From: Arenicellales bacterium
GTDB lineage: Bacteria > Pseudomonadota > Gammaproteobacteria > BMS3Bbin11
DNA: 64,000 nt
NCBI GenBank assembly: GCA_048550195.1
Contig: JBLYYR010000200.1
Span: 3,721 to 67,720 of the forward strand
Direction of reading: 5' to 3'
Both the position numbers and the translations under genes were made by a program. The notes under the pieces were generated by a model. The model made no database searches and was not told where the DNA came from. It saw only the letters and a list, made by a program, of their open reading frames with translations. Shown here in pieces: positions 38,419 to 47,934 of the stretch; positions within the stretch are counted from its first letter, which is position 1, and the number at the start of each line of letters is the position of its first letter.

Positions 38419-39683
38419 TTTTCTTCCCCAGCAAGGTAATTGAGCATGGTAATAGTTTGTGCCCGGTCGACTTCGAGACGGATAGCCTTGAGCCGGGTAT
38501 CAAGCTCGGCGACTCGTGCTCGTATGACTGAATCAAATTCTACCCGGCTGTTCTCGTAGGCCTTCAGTGCCAGCTCTGCATGGCTGCCTGATTGCGGGAC
38601 CAGCTTGTCACGGTACAAATGTATCTGACGATCAAGAATACGCAATGAAGACTGTGAGCGTTGCAGCTGGCTTGTTAGCTTTCGCACTGCCGTCTCGCGG
38701 TCTTGCTTAACTGCCTGCAGGTTCTGCTGTGATGAAGCCAGTTTCCTGTCCTGCCTTTTATCTGTAAACAGAGGAATATCCAGCAGCACCATAGCAGAGA
38801 GAAAATTTGCCCTGTCGCTGCCATCCGGATTCTCGCCGCTGCGATCACCGTAGGTAACATCCACAGCCACTCCGGGCTTATACGCCTGACGCGATAAATC
38901 AACACTGTTATTATTTGCTCGAATTTCTGCATCACTGGCCTGAATAACGGGGTGCCTGGTGAACTCTTCCGAGATGACAGGCGACTGCAGCTCGGGCAAG
39001 GTGCCCGGCAAATCGCTCATACTTGCTGAAGGGCCTATCCAGCGCGATAGATCAGACCTCGCCATATACTGTTTAATGCGTATTCCTTCAAGGCGATCGG
39101 TCAACCTGTCCAGCTCAAGTTCGGACTGAACCACGTCCTGCTGTGTTGCACTGCCAACTCGATAACGGGACTCGGTAACACCAACCAGGTTGCTAAACCA
39201 GCTGCGACTTTGTTCAACAATCTCTTCAGCCCTTAACCAGTAGTAGAGCTCCAGCCAGTTTTTACTAACGTCGCGAGTTGCCTTGAGGCGAGCATTACTG
39301 GCCATGTAACGGGACTTTTCTGCTTTATCATCATTAATCTGTGATTTGATGGATCGGCTTGATCCACGCGGGAAAAATTGCACAACACCGACCTGCAATT
39401 GCGTCATTGCCTCCTGGTCACGGTCAAAGGTATCGGTAGGGAAATTCATTGCCCCAAGCTTAAGCTTCGGATCAGGCAGGCCACCTTCGGCAATAGACTC
39501 TTCTTCAAATCCAAGCGCCCGGTATTCGAATGATTGAGAGACTGTCTCAGAATCCAGCGTTAATTGAAGAGCCTGCTCCAGTGTCAGGATATTTATGTCT
39601 TGCGACACTTCCGCTGCAAAGCATTGAAAGGATAAACTTAATAGCAATGGTACACGCAGGTACCTGAAAAAATATGGTTTCAT
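38415..39683 (-). CDS. cusC: outer membrane efflux protein (TolC/CusC family)
   Basis: 422 aa, signal peptide, two OEP repeats; 4-nt overlap with cusB. Confidence 0.85.
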   Translation of the reverse strand: MKPYFFRYLRVPLLLSLSFQCFAAEVSQDINILTLEQALQLTLDSETVSQSFEYRALGFEEESIAEGGLPDPKLKLGAMNFPTDTFDRDQEAMTQLQVGVVQFFPRGSSRSIKSQINDDKAEKSRYMASNARLKATRDVSKNWLELYYWLRAEEIVEQSRSWFSNLVGVTESRYRVGSATQQDVVQSELELDRLTDRLEGIRIKQYMARSDLSRWIGPSASMSDLPGTLPELQSPVISEEFTRHPVIQASDAEIRANNNSVDLSRQAYKPGVAVDVTYGDRSGENPDGSDRANFLSAMVLLDIPLFTDKRQDRKLASSQQNLQAVKQDRETAVRKLTSQLQRSQSSLRILDRQIHLYRDKLVPQSGSHAELALKAYENSRVEFDSVIRARVAELDTRLKAIRLEVDRAQTITMLNYLAGEEK

Positions 39684-39759
39684 TTATTACACCTCTGAAA
39701 ACTAGCATGTGGTATCACATGCATAACACAGCCCTCCGGTCAGAAAGGGCGGAAGATAG

Positions 39760-40104
39760 TCAGAGTATGCTTATCGGGGGTCGAAGCGGGGTATTGCCCA
39801 AACCACTATCGGGTCCATACAATAGAATGGACGGTGAAAATGACAGGGCAAGCTGATGGGATTTAATGCCAGTCTCTATAGATAATGCGGAAAGTTTACT
39901 TAAGTGGTTGCATTGCATTGACAGGCAATGGTTATTGCATTGATCATCCTGACAACAGGATTTGCTATCCTGCTCATGAGTTGACGGCTCACAATGTGAA
40001 GTCTGTTTCGCTTCACTATCACTCATCAACGCTAAATAGGCGTTAGAAACCGGAGAGATAACCAGTAAAAGAGACAGCAAAATAATAATTTTTTTTACAT
40101 TCAC
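39760..40104 (-). CDS. secreted Cys/His-rich small protein, candidate periplasmic metal-binding protein heading the cus operon
   Basis: signal peptide MNVKKIIILLSLLLVISPVSNA; SHCEPSTHEQDSKSCCQDDQCNNHCLSMQCNH has 7 Cys and 4 His in 32 aa. Confidence 0.55.
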   Translation of the reverse strand: MNVKKIIILLSLLLVISPVSNAYLALMSDSEAKQTSHCEPSTHEQDSKSCCQDDQCNNHCLSMQCNHLSKLSALSIETGIKSHQLALSFSPSILLYGPDSGLGNTPLRPPISIL

Positions 40105-40154
40105 AGCATTGAGTATCAGAGCTTTCCCTGTATTCTTCAGTTATTGGTGTGACC

Positions 40155-40175
40155 TGTCAAGTTTCTGTAAGTTCC
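40155..40175 (-). promoter_or_regulatory. candidate promoter for the Cys/His-rich gene: perfect TTGACA plus overlapping sigma-E-like GGAACTT-N16-TCACA
   Basis: minus strand reads gGGAACTTacagaaaCTTGACAggTCACAcc, about 50 nt upstream of the ATG. Confidence 0.25.
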
Positions 40176-40205
40176 CTGAATGCTGCACAGCTTATAATTT
40201 TCTGA

Positions 40206-41273
40206 TTACTTCAACAGGTCGACTTCAATGCCCTGTTCTCTTAATCTACTTGCGCGAGCTTCAACAAAACGCTGAAATTCTTTCTCTTCAAGATAAGCTT
40301 TACCGCTCACATATTCCAGTGAAGACTGCACATGAAACGTCCGTAACCATCCTTCGGCACGAAAGACTTCCTTATTTTTTGTATCAAAAAATACCATGCT
40401 CGGTATATAAGTCAGATTCAACTCCTTCCCCCAGTTTTCTGCCGTTGTATTTTTCCCCTGAGGCGTGATTACAGGCGTTTTTGACCAGGTGTCGAGCAGC
40501 ACAATATCAAACTTCTTCAATAATTCAGCAGAACCCTGCTGCTTTAAAACATCTTCATGCAGCTCATCACAGGGCGGGCAGTTCTTCTGTTCAAAAAATA
40601 CCAGCAATGGCTTACCGGATTCTCTCGCTGACAGATCATAAGGTGCCTGGATAAAAGAAGAATTCATATGTAGCTTTCCACTTCCAGCTGACGGATTTAC
40701 TTTTGCCATATAATCGCGAAAGCTACTCTCTTTTTCTTTTTTCAGGCTAACGTAGTCAAGGGCAGCTATAAATTTGTGCGGTGGAACATAGCCATTGAGA
40801 CGCAGCGCATGTTTGCCCTGTTCGTCGAGGAACTGCAGCGTAGGCGTAAACATGATTTTATTGGCAACAGCAAACTTCTTTTCTGTCGTTTCCTTGCCAT
40901 CAAGGCCTACGACTTCCCGGTCACCCCACATATTGATCGCAATAACATCAAATTTATTTTGCAGACTGTCAACGATACTTTGCTGTGACATGTTCTCTTT
41001 TACCAGACGCTCACAGTATGGGCAGCCATCCTGGTAAAAATACAACAACACTCTTTTGCCTGACTCTGTGGCTTCAGAAATATCGTCTCGAATATCGAGA
41101 AAGGAATCCTTGAACCAGGCAGGTTTTTCAACATAACCCGGGTTCACCATGCCGGCTGACAGCTGATGCTTAGCTTCCTGCGCGTAAAGACTTACACTGC
41201 TACACATCGCGAACATGGATAGTAGAGAAACAATATTTTTTAATATGCGACTGGTCATAATTATCCGCTCCAC
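40206..41273 (-). CDS. periplasmic protein with two tandem thioredoxin-fold domains, each with a CxxC motif (Thioredoxin_7-like); internal duplication
   Basis: signal peptide; DGCPYCERL and KNCPPCDEL; the two halves align (LLYFYQDGCPYC..FDVIAINMW / LLVFFEQKNCPPC..FDIVLLDTW). Confidence 0.7.
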   Translation of the reverse strand: MERIIMTSRILKNIVSLLSMFAMCSSVSLYAQEAKHQLSAGMVNPGYVEKPAWFKDSFLDIRDDISEATESGKRVLLYFYQDGCPYCERLVKENMSQQSIVDSLQNKFDVIAINMWGDREVVGLDGKETTEKKFAVANKIMFTPTLQFLDEQGKHALRLNGYVPPHKFIAALDYVSLKKEKESSFRDYMAKVNPSAGSGKLHMNSSFIQAPYDLSARESGKPLLVFFEQKNCPPCDELHEDVLKQQGSAELLKKFDIVLLDTWSKTPVITPQGKNTTAENWGKELNLTYIPSMVFFDTKNKEVFRAEGWLRTFHVQSSLEYVSGKAYLEEKEFQRFVEARASRLREQGIEVDLLK

Positions 41274-41375
41274 ACTGTTTATGTAAGGATACTACAGGAT
41301 AAAAATTACACAACAACACTGAAAACTGCGATCAGGGATTAAGCCAGGGCCTGGGCCCTGGCAAAAAATGGACAA

Positions 41376-41663
41376 TCAGCCCTGTTTGTCAGATTTACCA
41401 GCCGAACTGCTGTCCGGGACAGACTTTTTAGCGCCAGGATTTGACTTGTTCCGACAATAGGCATTGATTTTTTTGCCTGTTTTTGTAGTATAGCTATTGA
41501 CCCAGCTACAGCTATTCTCGCTGCTGCAGGCATCCTGCTGCATGCCTTTACATGTCGCCGCTGCGAAAGAAAACTGGCTAATCGATAGCAGCCCCGTTGC
41601 AGCCAGAAGCAGCACAGACTTGCGAAGTACAGATGTGTTTAAAAACTGGGAAGGGTTATTCAT
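41376..41663 (-). CDS. small secreted Cys-rich protein, hypothetical
   Basis: signal peptide LLLAATGLLSISQFSFAAA; 5 Cys; Lys/Ser-rich tail. Confidence 0.45.
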   Translation of the reverse strand: MNNPSQFLNTSVLRKSVLLLAATGLLSISQFSFAAATCKGMQQDACSSENSCSWVNSYTTKTGKKINAYCRNKSNPGAKKSVPDSSSAGKSDKQG

Positions 41664-41802
41664 GATTCATCTCCATATGATTAATTGAATAACGTCCAGC
41701 GATCCTGCTGAACGAGATCGCAGACTATCAACACAGGCACTGAGGGTCAAGAATATTTAGTTTTACGTAACAGCTAAACCCTGAAACAGCTATACTAAAC
41801 TC

Positions 41803-42141
41803 ATGAAACACCTGGAACATACGTTGAACCATATAGAAGAGGAACTGCGGTCCCTTGACTTATGGGAAGAAGTGCAGCCTCCTCTTCATGATTTACAAAG
41901 CCAGATGCCCTTTTGCTATGACACGCTGCGCCTGCCACAGTGGCTGCAATGGGTTTTCCTGCCACGCTGCCAACAAATGATACAGACTCGTGAGGGTATC
42001 CCCGAAAAGAGCGATATTCATTCTATTGCGGAATATTATTTCAGTGAAGCCGGGATTAACGCCAAGCATCTGTTGATCAGCATTCGACGGTTTGACGATT
42101 TAATTACGGAGTGGAATAGCCCGGAAGGGAAAAAGCATTAA
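41803..42141 (+). CDS. yqcC: YqcC-family (DUF446) protein
   Basis: 112 aa, conserved LP(Q/E)WLQW(V/I)F segment typical of DUF446. Confidence 0.7.
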   Translation: MKHLEHTLNHIEEELRSLDLWEEVQPPLHDLQSQMPFCYDTLRLPQWLQWVFLPRCQQMIQTREGIPEKSDIHSIAEYYFSEAGINAKHLLISIRRFDDLITEWNSPEGKKH

Positions 42142-42148
42142 AAAGAAT

Positions 42149-42176
42149 GTATTACGGTTTACGTAAATCGTAAAAC
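42149..42176. repeat. REP-like repeat copy 4, overlapping the 3' end and stop codon of rluE
   Basis: gtattacggtttacgtaaatcgtaaaac; rc encodes ...FYDLRKP*. Confidence 0.8.
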
Positions 42177-42790
42177 TCTTTTTTTCTCCGCCTCCGCCGG
42201 GGGCCAGTATTCTTTGGCACTCCTGAAATAAACCTCTCAACCAGATCATCTGGCACCTGCTTCAATTCCCCTGGCAGTAAACCATCAAGCCTGAAGTCAC
42301 CAATAGCATTACGAATCAGACGCAGAGTCGGGTGTCCAACAGCTGCCGTCATGCGTCTTACCTGACGGTTACGGCCTTCCCTGATGGTGATATATAGCCA
42401 GCAATCCGGAATTCTGGCACGGTAGCGAACCGGCGGATCACGCTGCCACAGATTCGGTGGCTCCCCTTCTATCCTGGATACCTGTGCAGATTTTGTCATT
42501 CCATCCTTTAGGTCAACTCCGGCACGCAGTTTGTCCAGGGCTTCATCATCGGGAATGCCTTCCACCTGTACCAGATAGATTTTAGGTAATTTAAATGCCG
42601 GGTCTGACACAGCCTGCTGTAGCTTACCATCATCGGTCAGCAGCAAAAGCCCTTCGCTATCCTTATCAAGGCGCCCGGCAGGATAGATTGCTGGTATATC
42701 TATATAATCAGCAAGTACCGGGCGACCATCTCTATCGGTAAACTGTGTGAGTACTCCGTAGGGTTTATTGAAAAGATAGATATGAGACAT
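42152..42790 (-). CDS. rluE: 23S rRNA pseudouridine synthase RluE (start at MSHIYLFNKPY)
   Basis: matches E. coli RluE core: LFNKPY, AAGRLD(K/R)DSEGLL, EGRNRQVRRMTA; no S4 domain. Confidence 0.85.
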   Translation of the reverse strand: MSHIYLFNKPYGVLTQFTDRDGRPVLADYIDIPAIYPAGRLDKDSEGLLLLTDDGKLQQAVSDPAFKLPKIYLVQVEGIPDDEALDKLRAGVDLKDGMTKSAQVSRIEGEPPNLWQRDPPVRYRARIPDCWLYITIREGRNRQVRRMTAAVGHPTLRLIRNAIGDFRLDGLLPGELKQVPDDLVERFISGVPKNTGPRRRRRKKEFYDLRKP

Positions 42791-42793
42791 GCC

Positions 42794-42802
42794 TGTTATA
42801 AT
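42794..42802 (+). promoter_or_regulatory. extended -10 box TGTTATAAT upstream of hrpA
   Basis: 33 nt upstream of the only available start (TTG 42835, right after an in-frame TAA); no obvious SD. Confidence 0.4.
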
Positions 42803-42834
42803 CGCCAAGTATCGTATTCAGAGCCACTGATTAA

Positions 42835-45800
42835 TTGAAAAATCCCAAACAACAAAAACAGCTGGCCAACAACTCTAATGATAGCCTGAAACGGTTCGAA
42901 CTGCGCAGATCTAGATGTCCTGTTCCGGCATTTGATGACGCTTTACCTATCAACCAGCATCGGGAAGAAATAGCTCGATTAATAGAGAACAACCAGGTTG
43001 TTATCGTCTGTGGTGAAACTGGTTCTGGAAAAACCACACAAATTCCCAAGATCTGTCTACAAATGGGCAGAGGAATCATTGGCAGGATAGCGCATACCCA
43101 GCCGCGCAGACTGGCAGCACGCAGTGTTGCCGCTCGCATTGCAGAAGAACTGAAAAGTGAGCTCGGCCAGGCCGTGGGCTACAAGATTCGTTTTAATGAC
43201 CGCAGTAACCCGGACACCTACATCAAGCTAATGACTGATGGCATCCTGCTGGCAGAGAGCCAGCGTGACTACCTGTTGCGTGAATATGACACACTGATTA
43301 TTGATGAGGCCCATGAGCGCAGCCTGAATATCGATTTCCTGCTTGGCTACCTGAAAAAACTGTTACCAAAACGTCCTGATTTAAAGCTTATCATTACCTC
43401 TGCCACCATCGACCCTCAGGGGTTCTCAAAATTTTTTAACGAGGCTCCCGTGATTGAAGTCTCCGGACGCAGTTACCCGGTCGAAACGCGCTACCGCTCC
43501 CTTGTTTCTGATGATCCTGATCAGCAGGACCGTGACATGATACAGGGTATACTTCATTCGGTTGATGAACTTACTGCGGAGGACAGGGGAGATATTCTTG
43601 TTTTCGTCAGTGGTGAACGTGAAATACGCGAAGCAACAGAAGCCTTGCGCAAATATCTTTTGCCAGACATCGAGATCCTGCCACTGTATTCCAGACTATC
43701 CGCTAAAGAACAGGACCGGATTTTCCATACTGGTGGCAAGCTGCGCATCATCATATCGACGAATGTCGCAGAGACCTCATTGACTGTTCCCGGTATCAGG
43801 CATGTCATTGATACCGGGCTTGCACGGATCTCTCGATACAGTTACCGCAGCAAGGTGCAGCGTTTACCCATTGAACCCATCTCGCAGGCCAGTGCCAACC
43901 AGCGTCAGGGCAGATGCGGACGCAATGCTCCGGGTATCTGCATTCGACTCTATAGCGAAGATGACTATATCTCCCGGCCCCATTTTACCGACCCTGAAGT
44001 TCTTCGTACTAATTTAGCCAGCGTCATCCTTTCTCTGAGTAATTTAAGGCTTGGAAAACTGGAAGACTTTCCTTTTATCAACGCACCTGACCCCCGTGTG
44101 ATACGTGATGGCTATCGGTTGTTACAGGAGCTCGATGCCCTTGATGAAGAACAGAGAATAACCCGGCTTGGAAAGGAACTGGCACGCCTGCCTGTCGATC
44201 CAAGACTCGGCCGCATGCTAATTGCTGGCCGTGAGTTCAACTGCGTCAATGAGTGCCTGATAATCTGTTCCGCACTCAGCGTACGCGACCCACGTGAACG
44301 TCCGCATGACAAGCGCGAACAGGCCGCACAAAAGCATCGTGAATTTAATGCAGAAGATTCTGATTTTATTACACTGCTGAATATCTGGAATACTTACCAT
44401 CATCAGTCAGAACGCTTAAGCCAGAACAAACTGCGACGCTGGTGTCGTGAGTATTTTCTGTCCTGGATGCGCATGCGTGAGTGGATTGATATTCACAAAC
44501 AGCTGGCTCGCCTGTTAACGTACAACAAACTGCAGCAATCCGATACCAGTCATGAAGCAATACACCGTGCGCTATTGACCGGTCTGCTCAGCCATATCGG
44601 CCAACACGATGAAGCTCGAGACTACAGGGGGCCCAGGCAACGTCAATTTCGCCTTGCTTCAGATTCAGTGCTGGCGAAAAAATCTCCACGCTGGATCATG
44701 TCAGCCAGCCTGATTGAAACCCGTCACCTGTTTGCCAGTACCAATGCACAGATTGCACCCGAGTGGATAGAGCAGGCTGCTGGGGACCGATGCCAGAAGC
44801 ACTACTCCGACCCTCACTGGGTACAATCTCAGGGACGTGTGATGGCGAATGAACAGATCACTGTTTTCGGTCTTGTGGTCGTTGCAAAAAGAGCCGTCCA
44901 TTTTGGTCCCATCGACCCGCCAGTGTCGCGAGAAATCTTTATCCGTGAGGCACTGGTTGAAGGCCATTATCACAAACAAATAAAAACACTAGTAAATAAT
45001 CGTAGCTTGATCGAAGAACTTGAGCATATGGAGCACAAACGGCGACGTCGAGATGTTCTGGTTGATGATCAAAAAATTTATCAATTCTACGACAGCCAGA
45101 TTCCTGCAGATATCTATCAGTCTCGCAGTTTTGAACGCTGGCTGAAGAATGAGCAAAAAAATAACCCGGACATCCTACGAATGCAGAAAGAGGATCTGCT
45201 GCAGCGAGAAGCAACACACTCTGAAAAACTTTTTCCAGACCACCTGGACATCGGTGGAATTACATACAAACTCACTTATCGCTTTGAACCGGGTCATGCA
45301 CTGGATGGTGTCACTGCACACATCCCGGTGTATCACCTGAATAGCCTGAAGCCAGAAGATTTCGACTGGCTGGTACCGGGCCTGGTCCGTGAAAAAATCA
45401 CAACTCTGATCAAGTCCTTACCCAAAACACAACGCCGCCAGCTAGTACCCGTGCCGGATACCGTGAGTAATTTTCTTGAATGGCAATCGGCCGAAGCACA
45501 TTATTCCGGCAAAGCCCTGACATCCGCACTTAGCCGTTTTAGCAAGCAACAAAAAGGGATATCCGTTGCGGGTAAAGACTGGCGCGATGAATCACTGCCC
45601 GAGCATCTGAAAATGGGCTTTCGTTTGCTGGATGATGAAGGGAAGTCACTGGCAGTCAGTCATGACCTAAAAAGCCTGAAGCAGAAATTTGGTAATGCCG
45701 CCAGTAAAGCCTTCGAACAGGCCCCGACATGGGAAATACAACGAAACAATATCAATAGCTGGGACTTTGGTGATCTACCTTTGCAAGTTAAACAGACTGT

Positions 45801-46614
45801 TGGAAATATAGATATAACTGGTTACCCGGCTTTATGTATCGACGACCAGGACAAGCTCTCAATCGAGATTCTTGATGATGCATCTACTGCAGATCAAATG
45901 CACCATGCCGGCCTGCAGGCACTTATCCTGAAAACTCTGCCAGATCAGGCACGGTATTTACGCAGGCAGCTGCCGGATATGCAGCAGCAATGTCTGTACT
46001 TTTCTGGTACCGGTACCTGTCAGGAACTGCGGGATGACCTGATTGCTGCCAGCCTTGACCAGTGTTTCCTGAACAACGCCTCAATGCCGCGAACTAAAAA
46101 TGATTTTGAACAGATGCTTACACAGGGCCGCAAGACCTTGACCGAAACAGCCAGCCGCTTTTGCCAGATAAACCTTAAGACACTGAAGCTCTATCACCAG
46201 TGCGTGCTGGAGCTGGAAAAACAAACCGCTTACCTGCCCGCCGAAGCCATAGAGGATATCCTGCATCAGCTACAGAGTATGATCTACCCGGAATATCTGC
46301 AGTACACGGGCTTAAGCCGACTCAAGCACCTTCCACGCTACCTGAAAGGAATACTTGTGCGCCTGCACAAATATGATTACAACCCGGGAAAAGATGCCCA
46401 GGCAAGTAAAATACTTTCTCCAATCATGAAGAAGTACCTTGGGGCCGCCGAACAATGGCAGGAATTGACACCCGACCAACAGAACAAACTGGAAGCCTGT
46501 CACTGGATGCTGGAAGAGTTTCGTATCTCTTTGTTTGCACAGGAACTGGGAACCGCCAGTCCGGCGTCAGAAAAACGGCTACGGAAGTTATTTGCAGAAT
46601 ATGAACGGCTTTAG
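42835..46614 (+). CDS. hrpA: ATP-dependent RNA helicase HrpA (DEAH box)
   Basis: GETGSGKTTQ, DEAH, HA2/OB and long C-terminal domain; 1259 aa. Confidence 0.92.
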   Translation: MKNPKQQKQLANNSNDSLKRFELRRSRCPVPAFDDALPINQHREEIARLIENNQVVIVCGETGSGKTTQIPKICLQMGRGIIGRIAHTQPRRLAARSVAARIAEELKSELGQAVGYKIRFNDRSNPDTYIKLMTDGILLAESQRDYLLREYDTLIIDEAHERSLNIDFLLGYLKKLLPKRPDLKLIITSATIDPQGFSKFFNEAPVIEVSGRSYPVETRYRSLVSDDPDQQDRDMIQGILHSVDELTAEDRGDILVFVSGEREIREATEALRKYLLPDIEILPLYSRLSAKEQDRIFHTGGKLRIIISTNVAETSLTVPGIRHVIDTGLARISRYSYRSKVQRLPIEPISQASANQRQGRCGRNAPGICIRLYSEDDYISRPHFTDPEVLRTNLASVILSLSNLRLGKLEDFPFINAPDPRVIRDGYRLLQELDALDEEQRITRLGKELARLPVDPRLGRMLIAGREFNCVNECLIICSALSVRDPRERPHDKREQAAQKHREFNAEDSDFITLLNIWNTYHHQSERLSQNKLRRWCREYFLSWMRMREWIDIHKQLARLLTYNKLQQSDTSHEAIHRALLTGLLSHIGQHDEARDYRGPRQRQFRLASDSVLAKKSPRWIMSASLIETRHLFASTNAQIAPEWIEQAAGDRCQKHYSDPHWVQSQGRVMANEQITVFGLVVVAKRAVHFGPIDPPVSREIFIREALVEGHYHKQIKTLVNNRSLIEELEHMEHKRRRRDVLVDDQKIYQFYDSQIPADIYQSRSFERWLKNEQKNNPDILRMQKEDLLQREATHSEKLFPDHLDIGGITYKLTYRFEPGHALDGVTAHIPVYHLNSLKPEDFDWLVPGLVREKITTLIKSLPKTQRRQLVPVPDTVSNFLEWQSAEAHYSGKALTSALSRFSKQQKGISVAGKDWRDESLPEHLKMGFRLLDDEGKSLAVSHDLKSLKQKFGNAASKAFEQAPTWEIQRNNINSWDFGDLPLQVKQTVGNIDITGYPALCIDDQDKLSIEILDDASTADQMHHAGLQALILKTLPDQARYLRRQLPDMQQQCLYFSGTGTCQELRDDLIAASLDQCFLNNASMPRTKNDFEQMLTQGRKTLTETASRFCQINLKTLKLYHQCVLELEKQTAYLPAEAIEDILHQLQSMIYPEYLQYTGLSRLKHLPRYLKGILVRLHKYDYNPGKDAQASKILSPIMKKYLGAAEQWQELTPDQQNKLEACHWMLEEFRISLFAQELGTASPASEKRLRKLFAEYERL

Positions 46615-46623
46615 AGAAATGAA

Positions 46624-46686
46624 AGTTTTACGTTTTATGTATTACGATTTACGTAAACCGTAACCCATAAAACGTAAATCGTTTCT
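46624..46686. repeat. REP-like repeat copy 5
   Basis: agttttacgttttatgtattacgatttacgtaaaccgtaacccataaaacgtaaatcg. Confidence 0.8.
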
Positions 46687-47134
46687 ATTTCGCAGTTGCT
46701 ACACCCGAAAACTTACCCAACGCTCCGGTGACCTTTTTAATTGCCTCATCACAGCCCTTAACGTCATGGCGCTTTGCCATGTAAACCGGGTCGTTGTAAG
46801 CCAGCCAGGTTTGTCCTGACTCATCGCTCCAGATCAACATCTTCTGTGGCAGATCGATGGCCGCAGTACGTGAGCATTTCATTAATGGGGTGCCAACTTT
46901 TGGATTTCCGAAGATCACCAGTGTTGTTGGCGGCAGATCGATGCCAACGCCTGCAGCACCTTTCGAATGATCAATAACATCAAACACTGTCATACCCTTG
47001 CCTTTCAGCGCCTTGACCAACTTATCAGCTGTCGCAGTCACATCATTGGCACTCTTGATTTTTACCAGACCGTTATCGGCAGATGCGGGCACAGCTAAAA
47101 CCAGAAAAAAAACACCTAATATGAACTTATTCAT
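46685..47134 (-). CDS. secreted DUF302-domain protein
   Basis: signal peptide then DUF302-like fold, 149 aa. Confidence 0.7.
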   Translation of the reverse strand: MNKFILGVFFLVLAVPASADNGLVKIKSANDVTATADKLVKALKGKGMTVFDVIDHSKGAAGVGIDLPPTTLVIFGNPKVGTPLMKCSRTAAIDLPQKMLIWSDESGQTWLAYNDPVYMAKRHDVKGCDEAIKKVTGALGKFSGVATAK

Positions 47135-47180
47135 GCTCTAACTCCTTTGTTTTTTGAATATCCATAATTTTTATCCAGAT

Positions 47181-47210
47181 AAAAAAAGCCCTTCATCGAG
47201 AAGAGCTTTT
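47181..47210 (-). terminator. rho-independent terminator for the Pro/Gly/Tyr-rich gene
   Basis: minus strand GCTCTTCtcgatGAAGGGC then UUUUUUU. Confidence 0.7.
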
Positions 47211-47238
47211 CTCATTTGTAAGTAGTTATTGAAACATA

Positions 47239-47934
47239 CTACCGCACATTTATCATATCAGGAAGTTCACGCGCCAGGTTGGGCGCTTCTCTTCTGAATT
47301 CACTGCCAACATCAACCGGGTTTGGCATGCTGATGGATGGCGCATTCCAGCCACCGGGCATCTCGCCCATTTCACTCGGAGCATTGATCATGTCATCCCA
47401 CATGTAGGAGAAACCATCTTCCGGGTTGCTTGTCATCCATTCATCAGGATGCATGCCCCAGATACCATTACGGCCGCCACCAAACATATCGCCGAAAGGG
47501 CTGTTATTTCCGTAAGGTCCTCTATTACCACCAAACCAGTTGCCAAAGCCATTGTTGCCACCGCCCCAGGGGCCACGATTCCAGCCGCCGGGCCTTGCGC
47601 CATAAGGTGGTGGATAGGGAGCGCCCCGGCCATAAGGGGCACCTCCCGCATATGGCATTGGCCTGCCATAAGGCATTGGCCTACCATACGGCGCTGGTCT
47701 GCCATACGGTGCCGGGCCTCTATAAGCACCCGCCTGGGGAGGATATTGCCGTGGGTACTGTTGTGAGTTAGTGCCACTATAAGCCGGTGCAGGAGGAGCT
47801 GGCGGTATAACATTCGATGCACCATCTCGCATAGGGGGATAGGGGGGTTGTTCAGCTCTGGCCTGTCCAATGCTGCCAGCGACAGTCACTGCACCTGTTA
47901 GCAGGCATGTCATAAAAGTTTTCTGAAAAGTCAT
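47239..47934 (-). CDS. secreted Pro/Gly/Tyr-rich low-complexity repeat protein
   Basis: signal peptide ...GSIGQARA; repeats PAPYGRP x2, PMPYGRP x2, GAPYG; Gly/Asn/Trp-rich middle; acidic Met-rich tail. Confidence 0.75.
   Translation of the reverse strand: MTFQKTFMTCLLTGAVTVAGSIGQARAEQPPYPPMRDGASNVIPPAPPAPAYSGTNSQQYPRQYPPQAGAYRGPAPYGRPAPYGRPMPYGRPMPYAGGAPYGRGAPYPPPYGARPGGWNRGPWGGGNNGFGNWFGGNRGPYGNNSPFGDMFGGGRNGIWGMHPDEWMTSNPEDGFSYMWDDMINAPSEMGEMPGGWNAPSISMPNPVDVGSEFRREAPNLARELPDMINVR

Noticed and set aside
40155-40175. CueR/MerR-type 19-bp-spacer promoter upstream of the cus island
   Set aside because: A perfect TTGACA is present, but there is no dyad in the spacer and no convincing -10 at 19 bp, so this was kept only as a low-confidence sigma-70/sigma-E candidate.
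42831-43139. 102-aa minus-strand ORF overlapping the hrpA start
   Set aside because: It is antisense to the conserved helicase N-terminus with no signals; a frame artefact.
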